Origin: the human T2T-CHM13v2.0 reference genome, Homo sapiens
Reading direction: 5' to 3' (one strand)
NCBI RefSeq assembly: GCF_009914755.1
Contig: NC_060938.1
Length of the DNA: 64,000 bases
Part shown: piece after piece, positions 13,201 to 26,893 of the stretch
Layout of the letters: every line of letters begins with the position of its first letter
Numbering within the stretch: position 1 is the first letter of the stretch
The notes under the pieces: generated by a model
The model's input: the letters and a program-made list of their open reading frames with translations, nothing else
Told to the model about the DNA's origin: nothing
Databases searched by the model: none
Program-made: the position numbers and the translations under genes

Positions 13201-13879
13201 GGAGCCGCTGGCCTCATGCAGGCTGTTCCCGCCCCTCCTTAGTTCCCTCCAAGCCTCTCACTGGTTTCAGAGCCTGGATCGTCTGACATGTTTTCCCAAC
13301 ATTTGCTTCTCATTTCAAAGTGTAAACCTGGCAAGAGGCACACGGATCCCGTCAAAGAAGGTTCCGTGTTTTTTCTCCTCCTTATGTTCCTCTCAGCTTT
13401 CTGCCTTCTCCTTGCAAGGAAAAGTGGCTCTAAAGTTGATCTTGGGTGGTTGTTCTTAAATAACTGGGCCCGATGAGCTCCAAAGAAGCGAGTGGTACAA
13501 GCTTAAGTCTTTGGCAGGCTTTGGTTTCCCGTTGATTTTTCCAAAGATTTTCGTGCAGGGCGTTTTTTGGGCTCGTTAGATTTCTCTAGCCCTTGTTGAC
13601 GGCTGTCCACGAATCACCACATTTATCATGGGCAGACTGGGGGCCCCACCACCTTTCCACCCTCCTCTGTTTACGGAGCCCAGCCACCCCAGCAGCTCGG
13701 AGCCCTGCCCCCCACCCCACCCCACTGCCCACCCCCTGGCAGGGCTGCGCCTGCATCTTCACCGTCTGCTGTATGCCGGGTTCTTCTCTTGGCATCCGGT
13801 GTAGACAGGACTTTGGGCTGTGAGTCAGAACTCCTCCACTTCCCAGCCAAGGTGGCAGAAAAGGAGAGGGGTGAGAGGA

Positions 13880-14056
13880 TGCGGTCCCCAGGTTCAAAGC
13901 CCAGCTCCATCAAATGTAAACTGTGAGATCACATTTAACCTCACGGAACCTCCATGGTGTCATCTGTACAATGGGAATCATAACAGCACACATTACAGAA
14001 CATTTCAGCAAAGATAAATGAGTGTCTGGCACAGGGTGAGCCACCCATAAAGGCAG
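13880..14056 (+). mobile_element. MIR SINE
   Basis: caggttcaaagcccagctcc...catttaacctcacggaacctc...catctgtacaatgggaatcataa...ctggcacag. Confidence 0.75.
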
Positions 14057-14083
14057 GCACACTCGTTCTTTTCCTGTTTGTCA

Positions 14084-14171
14084 TGCTATTCCAACACACA
14101 GAGCTTCCCAGTGCTATTCCAGCACACAGAGCTTCCCAGTGCTATTCCAACAAACAGAGCTTCCCAGTGCT
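14084..14171. repeat. 28-bp tandem repeat, about 3.1 copies
   Basis: tgctattccaacacacagagcttcccag x3, copies 2 and 3 each differ by one base, no spacers. Confidence 0.95.
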
Positions 14172-16751
14172 CTAATTTCTACTTATGTTGCTGGAGCCTC
14201 ACACAAGGGGTGAGAATCTTGAGGGGTGAGTATTTCTGCAGGGCAAAGTGTTATTAAAACCAGGTGGACAAGCAATTAAGAGACAAACTCATCTTTAGCA
14301 AGCTACAGCAACTCTCCGAGCATGAGGTCTGTAAAGGGGTCCCCTCTGCTGCCAGCCTTCCAGGGGGCCCAAAGCAGGAGCAGGTAGGCATAAGGCTGGG
14401 GTGAGGGGAACAGACCCACGCCCACCCTTTCCCAAGAGGCTTCCCAAACAAACTGAGCCTTCATTCCCAGTTCCAAGGAAGCCAAAGGGCCCTTGCCCTG
14501 CCCCTCCACTGAGTCCAACTTAACTCATGACAGAGATGGGGAAACTGAGGCTGGGATGGCCCAGAGGCAACTGGGGAGCCACAGGCACAGCAGAAGGGCC
14601 ACATCAGATGCAGGATCCCTCTAGCCAGCCGCTGGAGGCAGCAGCAACCTCCTTCACTAACTAAAGGTCAGACCAAATTGCCCAGGAAACAAAAGAGGTG
14701 CAGTTCCCTAACCTTTTGGGTTAATGAGGAGGAATATTTGATGTCATAAAACATTTCATTATGAAAGCAACCAGGAAAACCTTTCCTGAGGCATGGCCAA
14801 CAGGCTTACCCAATTAGCAGGAACATGGCCCCACCCCCATCCTCACTGGCCCTCCCACTCCTGCGCCAAGAAGCCAAGCAGAGGCCTGGCCCAAACCGCA
14901 GCCTCTCGGCTGAGAAGGGTTGAGTGCAGGCCTCTGGCGCTCACTTGCTTTTTACCAGCGGCTCCACCTCCGCCCGTCTGCTTTTGTGCCTCACCTTGGG
15001 CTGGGCCCTGGGTCAGGGAGAGGAGTGGGATGCTGTTCCCTCCGTAGGGAAACTCCCGGGCTGATGAAGAGCAGGCTGGCATGGCTGGGCACAGATAAGT
15101 GCACAGAGGAATCTCCAGGGCCCACAGAGCCTGGCTGTGGCTCCAGGAGGGCTTCCTGGAGGGGGAGCTGAGTCTCCAGGTGGAGTAGAGACAGTTGGGT
15201 GGGGGAGTTTGCTGGAACCTCCTGGAAGCCAGGCCATGGGCTGTGACCTGGGCTCCACCTATCTGATGCCTTCCCACTCTGGGTGCCCCTACACGTCCTT
15301 TACCCCTGCGGCAAGAGGGGCCGTCTCTGCTGTTTGCAGCCAAGGACCTTGCTGGATCCAGGGAGTCTCCTACCCTCTGGAGACCTGGGTGCAGCGCTTT
15401 CTCCTGCTTGGCCTCTCTGTCTTCTCCCTCAGCTGCCTCCTCCTCCATCCTGCTCTCTCCCCACCCACAGTGGAAGACCCGGTTTCCCCAGCACCCTCTC
15501 CCTTCCATGTAAGCCCCCAGGCCCTGGTCCACGTCTTCACTGAGGCCAAGGAAAGAGAGAAGCCACCTTGGAAGGAGCGTGCAGTCCCCGGGCAGCAAAG
15601 GGGAGGAGAAGAGAGTGAGGCCAGGAAGGAATGAGGCCAGTGAGGAGAGGGCAGGTGGTCCTGAGCTCACCAGGCACCTTGAGGCTCGAGTCTTTGCTCT
15701 CTGAGGCCTTGAAGGATATCAGGGAAGCAGCGTGAACCTGCGGCGGGAAGAGGCCTTCCTGTGGGTCCCTGGGGTGGCGCTTCGTGTGTGCCCAGGTTGT
15801 ACACCTGGGGTGTGGGCAGGTCCTGCTGGGTCTTGGCAGAAGCTGGGCAGGGATGCCCAGGCCTGTGCTGAACGCATCCGGGAGCAGCATAGCAACTCGC
15901 CTGTGCAGCCTCTGAGCAGCCAGCCTCCGAGGCCTCTCCAGCAGAGCTGAGGCAAGGCTGCCCAGCTCCTCCATGAGGGTCTTCTCGGGTGGATACTGAG
16001 AGCACCAAAGTGGCCCCATAGCCGAGAGGCTCGGTCCTGGACTCAGCCCCACCCCGGGTCCCGCAGCCTCAGTCTCCCTCTTAGTTCTGCGTGAGCCCTG
16101 CTGTCAGGCACCTCCTTCCTCCGCTCCTCTGTGCCCCCAGCCTGGGGTCGGTACAGCCGCTGCTGGGGGACTGCAGGCACTGACTCAGCCGGCCCCTCAA
16201 AAGCCTCTTGGGGCCCATGAGAGCTTTTCCCTCCTGACTTCCAGCCCTGTGGCCCTTACTCCCCACGGAGAGTCAGCTTGTGACAGGAGCTCAGAGGACC
16301 CTAGCAGTGACCTAGCCACAGCTCCCAGTCATGGGAGAGACCTCAGGGCCCTACGCTGTGTCTCCCTTCCTTCCAAGCCCACTGCTCATGGCATTTCCCT
16401 CAGGCCACCTCTGAGCTGAGCCCACCTGAGCTCACTTGCAATTATCTGTGCCCACCTGCACCCATCATGAGTCAGAGCCACTCCCTTCTCAGGCACTGGC
16501 CATACCCAGCGGTAAACAAAGAGTCTGTTATAAGCGAAGCAGTCTGGAAGGCCAAATGTCTTCTATATAAACTTACTTTCTTAGAAGGGGATTGAAAACA
16601 CATTTGAAAATCTTTGTCCTGAATAAAAAATGCTCCGGCAGCTGTCTCTGGATGGGCCGTGTTGTTTGTGCCTTCCAATGATATCTGGACTAGACTATGT
16701 CACCCCACAGCCGACCCCAGTGCTGACCACAGGTCAGAGCAGGCCGTGGCT

Positions 16752-16798
16752 GGGCAGGGGGCAGGGGGCAGGGGGCAGGGGGCAGGGGGTGGGGGGCA
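16752..16798 (+). repeat. (GGGGGCA)n G-tract repeat
   Basis: gggcagggggcagggggcagggggcagggggcagggggtggggggca. Confidence 0.9.
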
Positions 16799-17279
16799 CA
16801 GAGTGGAGCGATGCCTGCCCTCCGTATATGTCGGGGCACACAGCCGCGCTCTCAGCCTGGCAACATGCACCCACCCTCATTTGGCCCCAACTAGCATCCG
16901 CAGCTTGTGTCTCCTCTCTCCCCTGCAAGTTGCCCCATCAAACTGGAAAAGGAAACACAGCTGTCCTCTCCCACCTCTGTGCCTTTCCCTGCCCTCCCTT
17001 CCTCCCCTTTCCCAAGAAGCAATTTGGGATGGCTGTGGCCTGCTGAAGGCGGAGCAGCCCCAGAAGTCCAGGTCCAAGGTCTGTGCATCCAGGGACACTG
17101 CCTTGGGCCATCACCATGTGGACATCTTTTTAATCCTCTGGGCAGTGAGACTGTGAGCTCCTGGGGAGGCGAAGGGCTCATTTCCTAACTGTGTGTTTTG
17201 GGGTTGGTAAAACGTGTGACACCTCATCAGCATGAGAATCGCTACAGGTTATCTTCTTCCTTTAAGAGATGGCAGACTC

Positions 17280-17593
<314 letters not shown>

Positions 17594-18584
17594 TCAGAGA
17601 GCTTAAGCATCCACCTCTAGATCACACAGCAGGTGGCAGGGCCAGAACTCAGACTCCATCCTCAAGGCTCCTGCTCGTCCCCTAACTCTGCCCCGGACGG
17701 TCTCCTCTCTGAGTGTGAGACAGGTGAAGGAAGGCACCATGTTTATGGCAAGATCCTAGACCCCAGATCTCCTATCCCCACCCCCAAATCTGGACCTGGA
17801 GTCCGAGCTGCAAGCCTGCAGCAGGCCTCCCAGCAACCTGTGATTAATTTTCCTGTCCTCATTAATTCCCAGATTTCTCCCGCTCATTACAAGGTGGCAA
17901 GGCAGTGGGCAACGTGCTGGGGCCGCCTGCCTGTCTGGCTGTGAGAGCAGTTCTGAGAAGGCCTGGCGCTCCTCATTGCCTTGCCCAAGCTCAGATGGGC
18001 TCATTAGAGGGAATGGAATCGAGGATCCCAGGGTAGGTGGAGGCGTGCTGTCCTCCAGGGAGCCATGCAGGCAGGACTTTTCAGAAGGAAAACATCCCTG
18101 AGAAGCAAGGGGGTGCAGAGAACCCTGTTCGAGCTGGAGAGCGGGGGCTCCATTCACAGGGCAGCAGGGAGAAGTGGGCCAGGGCCAGGCCTCCAGGACA
18201 TGGGAACCATCCTGGGGAGGGTTCTGGCTCCTTCCCCCAGTGTTGTATTGTAAGTGACATTTTCTTGGAAGAGCAGCCCGGGTGCCCTGCCCCAGCCACC
18301 CATCTCAGGTAGGGGTCTTGGCTGGCACTTGTTCTCCATCCCACTCCCGCTGTGGGCTGAGCCCATCCCCTCTTTGGTGAGTGAGACTCCGGCCTCCTCC
18401 CTGGCCTCAGTCTGCAGTCTCAACCCTGCCAGATCCTTGTCCGTTTGGGGCTTCCAAAGAGAGCCCTCTAGAACGGTCCTGGCTCCCCGTGCCCCCAGGA
18501 CAAGCTCAATCTTCTGGGTTTCATGCTCAGCCCTCCAGGGCTTTGCCTGGGGCCTCAGGACTCCCCACACAGCTCAGCCTCCAG

Positions 18585-18910
18585 TCAAGTGACTTCCCTC
18601 CAGCCTCTTCCACTCATGGCCTTTGCTCATGCCATCCCGGATTCCTGGATCCATCTCACGAAGGAAGCACTGGACCACCTCCTCCAGCAGCCAGCTCTCC
18701 TGGGCACTGCTGGAACCCTGCTTGCTGGGCCCTCACCTACCCTTGATCCAGGCGTGCCTCGTGCCTGTCCTGGCCTGGTCTTTGCTGTGACTCTTTGCAC
18801 ACTTGTATCTCCACCCCCTACTGAGAGTTTCTCTCTGGATCCCTAACAAAACCCAGCTTACGCCTCATACACAGCAGGGGCATAATAAGCAATGATGGCA
18901 TGAGTTGGCA
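18585..18910 (+). mobile_element. L2 3' fragment
   Basis: ggcctttgctcatgccatccc...tgtatctccaccccctactgagag...catacacagcagggg...aataagc. Confidence 0.5.
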
Positions 18911-19340
18911 AGGCCTTCTCACTACTCATTCCCTGGACATGGTTCCTGCTTCTGCCTCTCTGTGCTTCAGAGATAGCCCCACACAATGCACCCCTTTCCT
19001 GGAGGGCGTGGGCCACCTGCACACCCTTCTGAGCCTGGAAGATGGCATGCGCTTTCAAAGAGCCGAAACTGAGAGGAGGCATGGGGAGGTGACCCTGGCA
19101 TCCTGCTTCCCCACTGCATCCCAACACATATGACCTTGATTTGGAGAAGCGGTGAGCTGGACCAGGACTGCCTGTAGGCCTGGCTCCAGCCCTAGATGTC
19201 AGCCACTTCCTCGAGGGCTTCAGGATCCTCATGCGAGCTGGGAGGAAGAGTCACCAACTTCTCGGGCCCCATCCTCAATGCCGTCCCGGTGTTCTGCACT
19301 GTGCCCCGCTCACACGGGGTGGGGGCTCAGGCTTGGGTGG

Positions 19341-19805
19341 TGTACTGGTTTCCCTGTGCTGCGGTGACAAAGGACCCACACTTAGTGGCTTTACAACAAA
19401 GCAAATGTCTTGCCTTACAGTGCGGAGGACAGGTCTGAAATGGACGGCACGTGCTGGGCTTTCTGGAGGCTGGAAGGGGAAATTCATTTCCTGCTTGTTC
19501 CAGTTCCTAGAGGCCACTCACATCCCTCGGCCAGTGGCCCTTTCCCCGCCTTCAAAGCCAGCAATGACCGGTCAAGCCTTTCCCACATCACGTGGCTCTG
19601 ACCTTGCAATTCTTGCCTCACTCGTCATTTTAGGAGGACTCCTGTGATGACATCAAACCCACCAGGTGATCCAGGCTCATCTCTCCAACTCAAAAGATCC
19701 TCAGCTTAATCACACCTGCAAAGTCCCTTCAACCTGCAGGATCACATCTGTACAGGTCGAGGAAACGGCTTAGGTATCTTGGGAGACATTATTCTGCGGA
19801 GCACA
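19341..19805 (-). mobile_element. MaLR solo LTR, MLT1C/D-like
   Basis: TG...CA bounded; ttctggaggctgg...cttcaaagccagcaatg...ttaatcacacctgcaaagtccctt...cattattctgc. Confidence 0.85.
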
Positions 19806-19846
19806 ACCTGGCCCTGCTGGGGAGTTGTTTCAGAAAGCCTGGAGGC

Positions 19847-20477
<631 letters not shown>

Positions 20478-21039
20478 TCAAAGTGGGGGCCTGCCAGGAA
20501 CTCCTCTCCCTCCGTCTGTCCTGGTCCACCTCGGCCACGCTGACAGCCTTTCCTCACAGGGGTCTGGGTTTCCTTCGACCCTCATGGTCATTTCAAGCAA
20601 ACTGGATCTGTGACTTCTCAACCCAGGCACCTAAAAATCAACGTCCTCCATGGTGGCTTTATCTCTAATCTGATATCTCGTGTGTTGCAGGCATGATGTC
20701 CACCTAGGCAGGCCCATGGAGCCTCCCCATCAGCACTGCAGTTGGCCACAGGCAGGTTGTAGGCCAAGCTCGCCAGGCCTGGCGTCCTCAGTCTGCCTAG
20801 GGAATGTTCCCATCAGCTCGGGCACACACGTGTCTTTTCTGAGGTAAATTCTGCCTCTTCTGTCATTGACTGTTGAGATGAGGCCCGCAGAACATGGCTC
20901 CACCTCACCTCCTCCAAGCTCCCCTGAGCTCCCCTCCACCTCCAATGGCCCCAGGTGTTTTTGCTCTGCCTCCTCCACTGGACCATGTGGTCCTAAAGGC
21001 AGGATGATCTGCCCCGCCATCATCCCCACTGCAGCACAC

Positions 21040-21180
21040 GTCAAACATCCTTCCTTTTTAATGGCTGAATAATATTCCATTGTAGAGATCTACTACATTT
21101 TGCTTATTCAATAATCTTTTGATGGACCTTTGGGTGGTTTCCACTTTTTTTTACATTCCTAGCAGTGATGATGGTTTCTG
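21040..21180 (-). mobile_element. L1MB-like 3' fragment
   Basis: ccttcctttttaatggctgaataatattccattgta...tgatggacctttgggtggtttccac. Confidence 0.8.
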
Positions 21181-21519
21181 AGGAAGCCAGAATGCCCCTC
21201 TCCTCCTGCCCTTGGACATCAGGACTCTAGGTTCTCCAGCTTTTGGAGTCTGGGACTAGACTAGTGGCCAACCTGGTTTCTCAGACTTGTGGCCTCAGAC
21301 TTAGAATCATACCATAGCTTTCCTGGTTCTGAGCTCTTCACACCTACACTGAGCCACAGTTCCTGCTACCCTGGGTCTCCAGCTTAGGGACAGCCTATTG
21401 TGGGACTTCTCGGCCCCCATAATCAGGTGAGCCAATCCCCCTAATAAACCTTCTCTCATATATCTCTTTCTGCATCTCTCCTATCAGCTCTATGTCTTTG
21501 GAGAACCCTGACTAAAACA
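21181..21519 (+). mobile_element. MLT2 (ERVL) LTR, 3' half
   Basis: ctcctgcccttggacatcagg...gtgggacttctcggcccccataatcaggtgagccaatccccctaataaa...ggagaaccctgactaaaaca. Confidence 0.85.
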
Positions 21520-22303
21520 CGTGGTATTGTATAGTATTTGTCCTTCTATGTCTGGCTTATTTCACTTAGCATAATATCCTCCAGGTTCACCCATGTTGTT
21601 GCAAAGGGCAGGATTTCCTTCTGTTTTAAGGCTGAATGATATTTCATTGTGTTTGTATACAACATTCTCTTTATCCATTCATCCATCAATGGACAGTTAG
21701 TTTGCTTACATGTTTTGGCTATTGTGAAAATGCTGTAATGAACATAGTAGCACAGATATCTCTATGAGATCCTGATCTCAATTCCTATGGACAGATATCC
21801 AGAAGTGGGATTGTTGGGTCATACTGTCATTCTATTTTTAATATTTTGAGGAACTCTATATGATTTTCCATAATAATTTTACTGATTTACATTAATGCCA
21901 TCCAATTGCTGGGGGCCAGAAGGAACAAAAAGTTAGAAAAAGGGCAAATTCTTGACATACTGTTTTGATTACTGTAGCTGTGTAATACATTTTGAGATAA
22001 GGAAGTGTGGTGTCTCTAGCTTTCATCTTCTTGCTCAAAATTACTTTGGCTATGTGGGGTATTCTATGGTTTCATATGAATTTTAGGGTTTTTTTTCTAT
22101 TTCTGTAAAATATCCCATTGGGATTTTAACAAGAATTGCCTTGAATCTATAGACTACTTTGGGTTTTATGGGCGTTTTGACAATAATATTTTTTCCAGTC
22201 CATGAAAACAGAGTGACTTTATTTGTGTCTACTTTAATTTCTTTCATCAATGTTTTATAGTTTTTAGTGTACAAGTCTTTCACCTCCTTGGTTAAGTTCA
22301 TTC

Positions 22304-24010
22304 TTTTTTTTTATTTAAGTTCTGGGGTACACGTCCAGAACATGCAGTTTCGTTACATACGTATACACTCGCCATGGTGGTTTATTGCACCCATCAACCC
22401 GTGACCTACATTAGGTATTTCTCCTAATGTTATCCCTCCCCTAGCCCTCCACCCCACAGCAGGCCCTGGTGTATGATGTTCCCCTTTCTGTGTCCATGTG
22501 TTCTCATTGTTCAACTCCCTCTTATGAGTGAGAACATGCAGTGTTTGGTTTTCTGTTCTTGTGTTAGTTTGCTCAGAATGATGATTCCCAGCTTCATCCA
22601 TGACCCTGCAAAGGACATGAACTCAGCCTTTTTTATGGCTGCATAGTATTCCATGGTGTACATGTGCCACATTTTCTTTATCCAGTCTCTCCTTGATGGG
22701 CATTTGGGTTGGTTCCAAGTCTTTGCTATTGTGAATAGTGCCTCAGAACATATACATGTTTATGTGTTTTTATAGTAGAATGATTTATAATTCTTTGGGT
22801 ATATACTCTGTAATGGGATTGCTTGGTCAAATGATATTTCTGGTTCTAGATCATCGAGGAATTGCCACACTGTCTTCCACAATGGTTGAACTAATTTACA
22901 CTCCCACCAACAGTGTAAAAGTGTTCCTATTTCTCCCCATCCTCTCCAGCATCTGTTGGTTCCTGACTTTTTAATGATTGCCATTCTAACTGGCAATCAT
23001 TAAATAGTATCTCATTGTGGTTTTGATTTGCCTTTCTCTAATGACCAGTGATGATGACCTTTTTTTCATGTTTATTGGCTGCATAAATGTCTTCTTTTGC
23101 GAAGTGTCTGTTCATATCCTTCTCTCACTTTTTGATGGGGTTGTTTGTTTTTTTCTTGTCAATTTGTTTAAGTTCTTTGTAGATTCTGGATATTAGCTAT
23201 TTGTCAGCCCTTTCATTTCTTCTTGTCTAATTTCTCTGGCTAGGATTCCTAGCACTACATTGAATAGAAGTGGCAAAAATAATTGCAAAAATTTTCTTTC
23301 ATTCTGTAGGTTGCCTGTTCACTCTGTTGATAGTTTCTTTTGCTGTGTGAAGCTCTTTAGTTTAATTACATCCCGTTTGTCAATTTTGGCTTTTGTTGCC
23401 ATTGCTTTTGGTGTTTTAGTCATGAAGTCTCAGCCCATGCCTATGTCCTGAATGGTGTTGCCTAGGTTTTCTTCTAGGGTTTTTATGGTTTTAGGTCTGA
23501 TGTTTAAGTCTTTAATCCATCTTGAGTTAATTTTTGTATAAGGTATAAGGAGGGGATCTGGTTTCAGTTTTGTGCATGTGGCTAGCCAGTTTTCCCAACA
23601 CCATTTATAAAATAGGGAATCCTTTCCCCATTGCTTGTTTTTGTCAGGTTTGTCAAAGATCAGATGGTTGTAGATGTGTGGTGTTATTTCTGAGGCAACT
23701 GTTCTGTTCCATTTGTCTATATATCTATTTTGGTACCAGTACCATGCTGTTTTGGTTACCGTAGCCTTGTAGTATAGTTTGAAGTCAGGTAGCATGATGC
23801 CTCCAGCTTTGTTCTTTTTGCTTAGGATTGTCTTGGCTATGAGGGCTCTTTCTTGGTTCCACAGGAAATTTAAAGTAGTTTTTTTTCCAAATCTGTGAAG
23901 AAAATCAGTGGTAACTTGATGGGGGTAGCATTGAATCTACAAATTACTTTGGGCAGTATGGCCATTTTCACAGTATTTTTTCTTCCTATCTGTGATTCTT
24001 CCTATCCATT
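22304..24010 (-). mobile_element. L1PA (about PA7-PA10) 5'-truncated 1.7-kb insertion
   Basis: Primate L1 3' UTR (cacccatcaacccg...ctacattaggtatttctcctaatg); ORF2 C-terminal peptides [26 protein letters not shown]...[11 protein letters not shown] and [11 protein letters not shown]...[13 protein letters not shown]. Confidence 0.95.
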
Positions 24011-26590
24011 TATGGATCCATAAATCCATGAATAATAAGTATTTTATTCCTTTTGGATGCTTTTACAAATGGGATTGCTTTCTTCATTTCCTTCTTAAAT
24101 AGATCATTGTTAATGCATAGAAACAACTTATTTTCGTATGCTGATTTTGTGTCCTGAGTTTACTGAATTCATTTATTAGTTATTTTGTTGAGTCTTCAGG
24201 GCTTTCTCCATATAAGATTACATCATCTGCAAAAAGACCATGATTTTACTTCTCCCTTTATGATTTGGATGACTTTCATTTCTTCTTGCCCAATTTCTCT
24301 GGCTAGGATTCCTAGCACTACATTGAATAGAAGTGGCAAGAATAATCATTCTTGTCTTGTTCCAGATCTTGGAGGAAAAGCTTTCCGGTTTTTACCATTT
24401 AGTATGATGTTAGCGGTGGTATTTTCACATATGGCCTTTATTGTGCTGAAATAAGTTCCTTCTTTACCTAATTTGTTGAGAGTTTTTATTACTAGAGGAT
24501 GTTGGATTTTGTCAAATGCTTTTCTGCATTTATTAAGAAGATCATGTACTTTTTATCATGTGATTATTCTGTTAAAGTGTTGTATCCCATTGATTGATTT
24601 GCATATGTTGAAGTATACATTCATCCCAGGGTAGATATCACTCGATCGTGGTATATGATCCTTTTAATGTGTTGTTAAATTTGGTTTGCTAATATTTTCT
24701 TGAGGATTTTTATATTCATTTTCATCAGGGCTATTGGCCAATTGTTTTCTTTCCTTGTGTTCTCTTTGTCTGGTTTTTGTGTCAGGATGACTCTGGCCTC
24801 ATAAAATGAGTTTGGAGCTGTTCCCTCTTTTTTTTTTTTTAGAAGAGTTTAAGAAGGATTGGTATTAATTCTTCTTTAAATGTTTGGTAGATTTTACCTG
24901 TGAAGAAACCTGGCCCTGGGACTTTTTTTTTCTTGGGAGGTTTTTGATTACTGATTTTATCTCCTTGTTTGCTATTGTCCTGTTCAGGCTTCCTGTTTCT
25001 TGATTCAGCCTTGGTAGGTTGTATATTTACAGGAATTTATCCACTTCTAGGTTGTCCAATTTGTTGGCATATAATTGTTCATGATAGTCTCATAATTTTT
25101 TTATGCCTGTGGCATCGTTGTGATATCTTGCCTCTCATTTCTGATTTCATTTATTTGAGTCTTTTTCCTTTTCTCTTAGCCTACCTAAGGGTTTGTTGAT
25201 TTTGTTTATATTTTCCCAAACTAACTCTTATTGTTGAATTTTTTCTATTTTTTTAATTCTCTATTTGATTTATTTCTGCTCTACTCTTTGCTATTTCCTT
25301 CTTTCTGCTAACTTTGGACTTAATTTGTTCATATTTTTCTCATTCCTCAAGGTGTAAAGTTAGGCTGTTTATTTGAGATCTTTCTTTCGTTTTAATATAG
25401 GCATCTGTTGTTATAACTTCCCTCTTAGTATTGCCTTTGCTGTATCCCATACATTTTGTTACATTGTATTTTCATTTTTATTTGTTTTGAGATACTTTCT
25501 AATTTCCCCTTTGAATTCTTCTTTGGCCCAATGGTTGTTCAAGAGTGTTTTGTTTACTTTCTGTGTATTTGGGAATTTTGCCTTCTTCCTTGTGTTACTG
25601 ACTTCTGGTCTCGTTCCATTGTAGTTGGAAAAGGAACTTGGAATGATTTCAATCTTCTTAAATTTGTTAAGACTTCTTTTGTGACCTAGAATGTGATCTC
25701 TCCTGGAGAATTTCCTGTGTGTGCTTGAGAAGAATGTGTGTTCTACTTCTACTGGGTAGAATGTTGTGTGTGTGATAGGTCCACTTACCCTATAATGTTT
25801 GACACTGCTCTTTCTTTATTGATTTTGTGTTTGGATGATCTATCTGCTACTGAAATTAGGGTATTGAAGTCTCCTGCTCTTATTGTATGCTCTCTATTTC
25901 TCCTCTCAAATTGTCAGTATTTGCTTTACATATTTAGGTGCTCTGATATTAGGTGCATACACATTTATTATATATATGTATGTACATATATATGTATATA
26001 CACACGTATATATACTCCCTTTTATCATTTTATAATTTCCTTCCTTGTTTCTTGTGGTACTTTTTTACTTAAACTCTATTTTGTCTGATCTAAGTGTGGC
26101 CACCCCTGCTACGTTTTGGTTACCATTTGCATGAAATATCTTTTTGCAATACCTTCACTTTCAGCATTTGTGTGTCCTTAAATCTAAGGTAAATATCTTA
26201 TAGACAGTAATAGTTGGATTGGGTTTTTTTAATTCATTCAGCCATGCTACATATTTTGATTAGTGCGTTTAATCCATTTCTACATAAGATGATTGTTGCT
26301 AGGTAAGGAGTTACTATTGCCACTTGTTAATTTTTTTCTGTCTGTTTTGTAGTTATTTCGTTTCTCTTTTCTCATCTTGCTGCTTTCTAATTTGATGGTT
26401 TGATGGTAATATACTTTGATCTTTCTTTGTATCTAAGTTTTTTTCTTTGTGTTTACCATGAGGCTTGCATGAAACTTCTTATAGTTGTAACAGTCTATTT
26501 AAGCCAATAACAACTTGAATTCAATTACATGTAGAAAAACTCCTCCTCCAACGTGTGCATACACTTTAAGTTATTGATGTTGGAATTCAC

Positions 26591-26893
<303 letters not shown>

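Noticed and set aside
14084-14171. 28-bp repeats of CRISPR-like length
   Set aside because: Directly abutting with no spacers; an ordinary tandem triplication
14843-15670. Longest ORF (275 aa, minus strand)
   Set aside because: Non-ATG start, low-complexity GC-driven composition, no recognisable domain, ORFs in several overlapping frames
15537-16052. Minus-strand ORF with a good donor (CCTG|gtgagc near 15670)
   Set aside because: Peptide not recognisable and no supporting partner exons; cannot be distinguished from chance
23430-23795. L1 ORF2 peptide as a functional CDS
   Set aside because: Fragment of a 5'-truncated, interrupted L1PA
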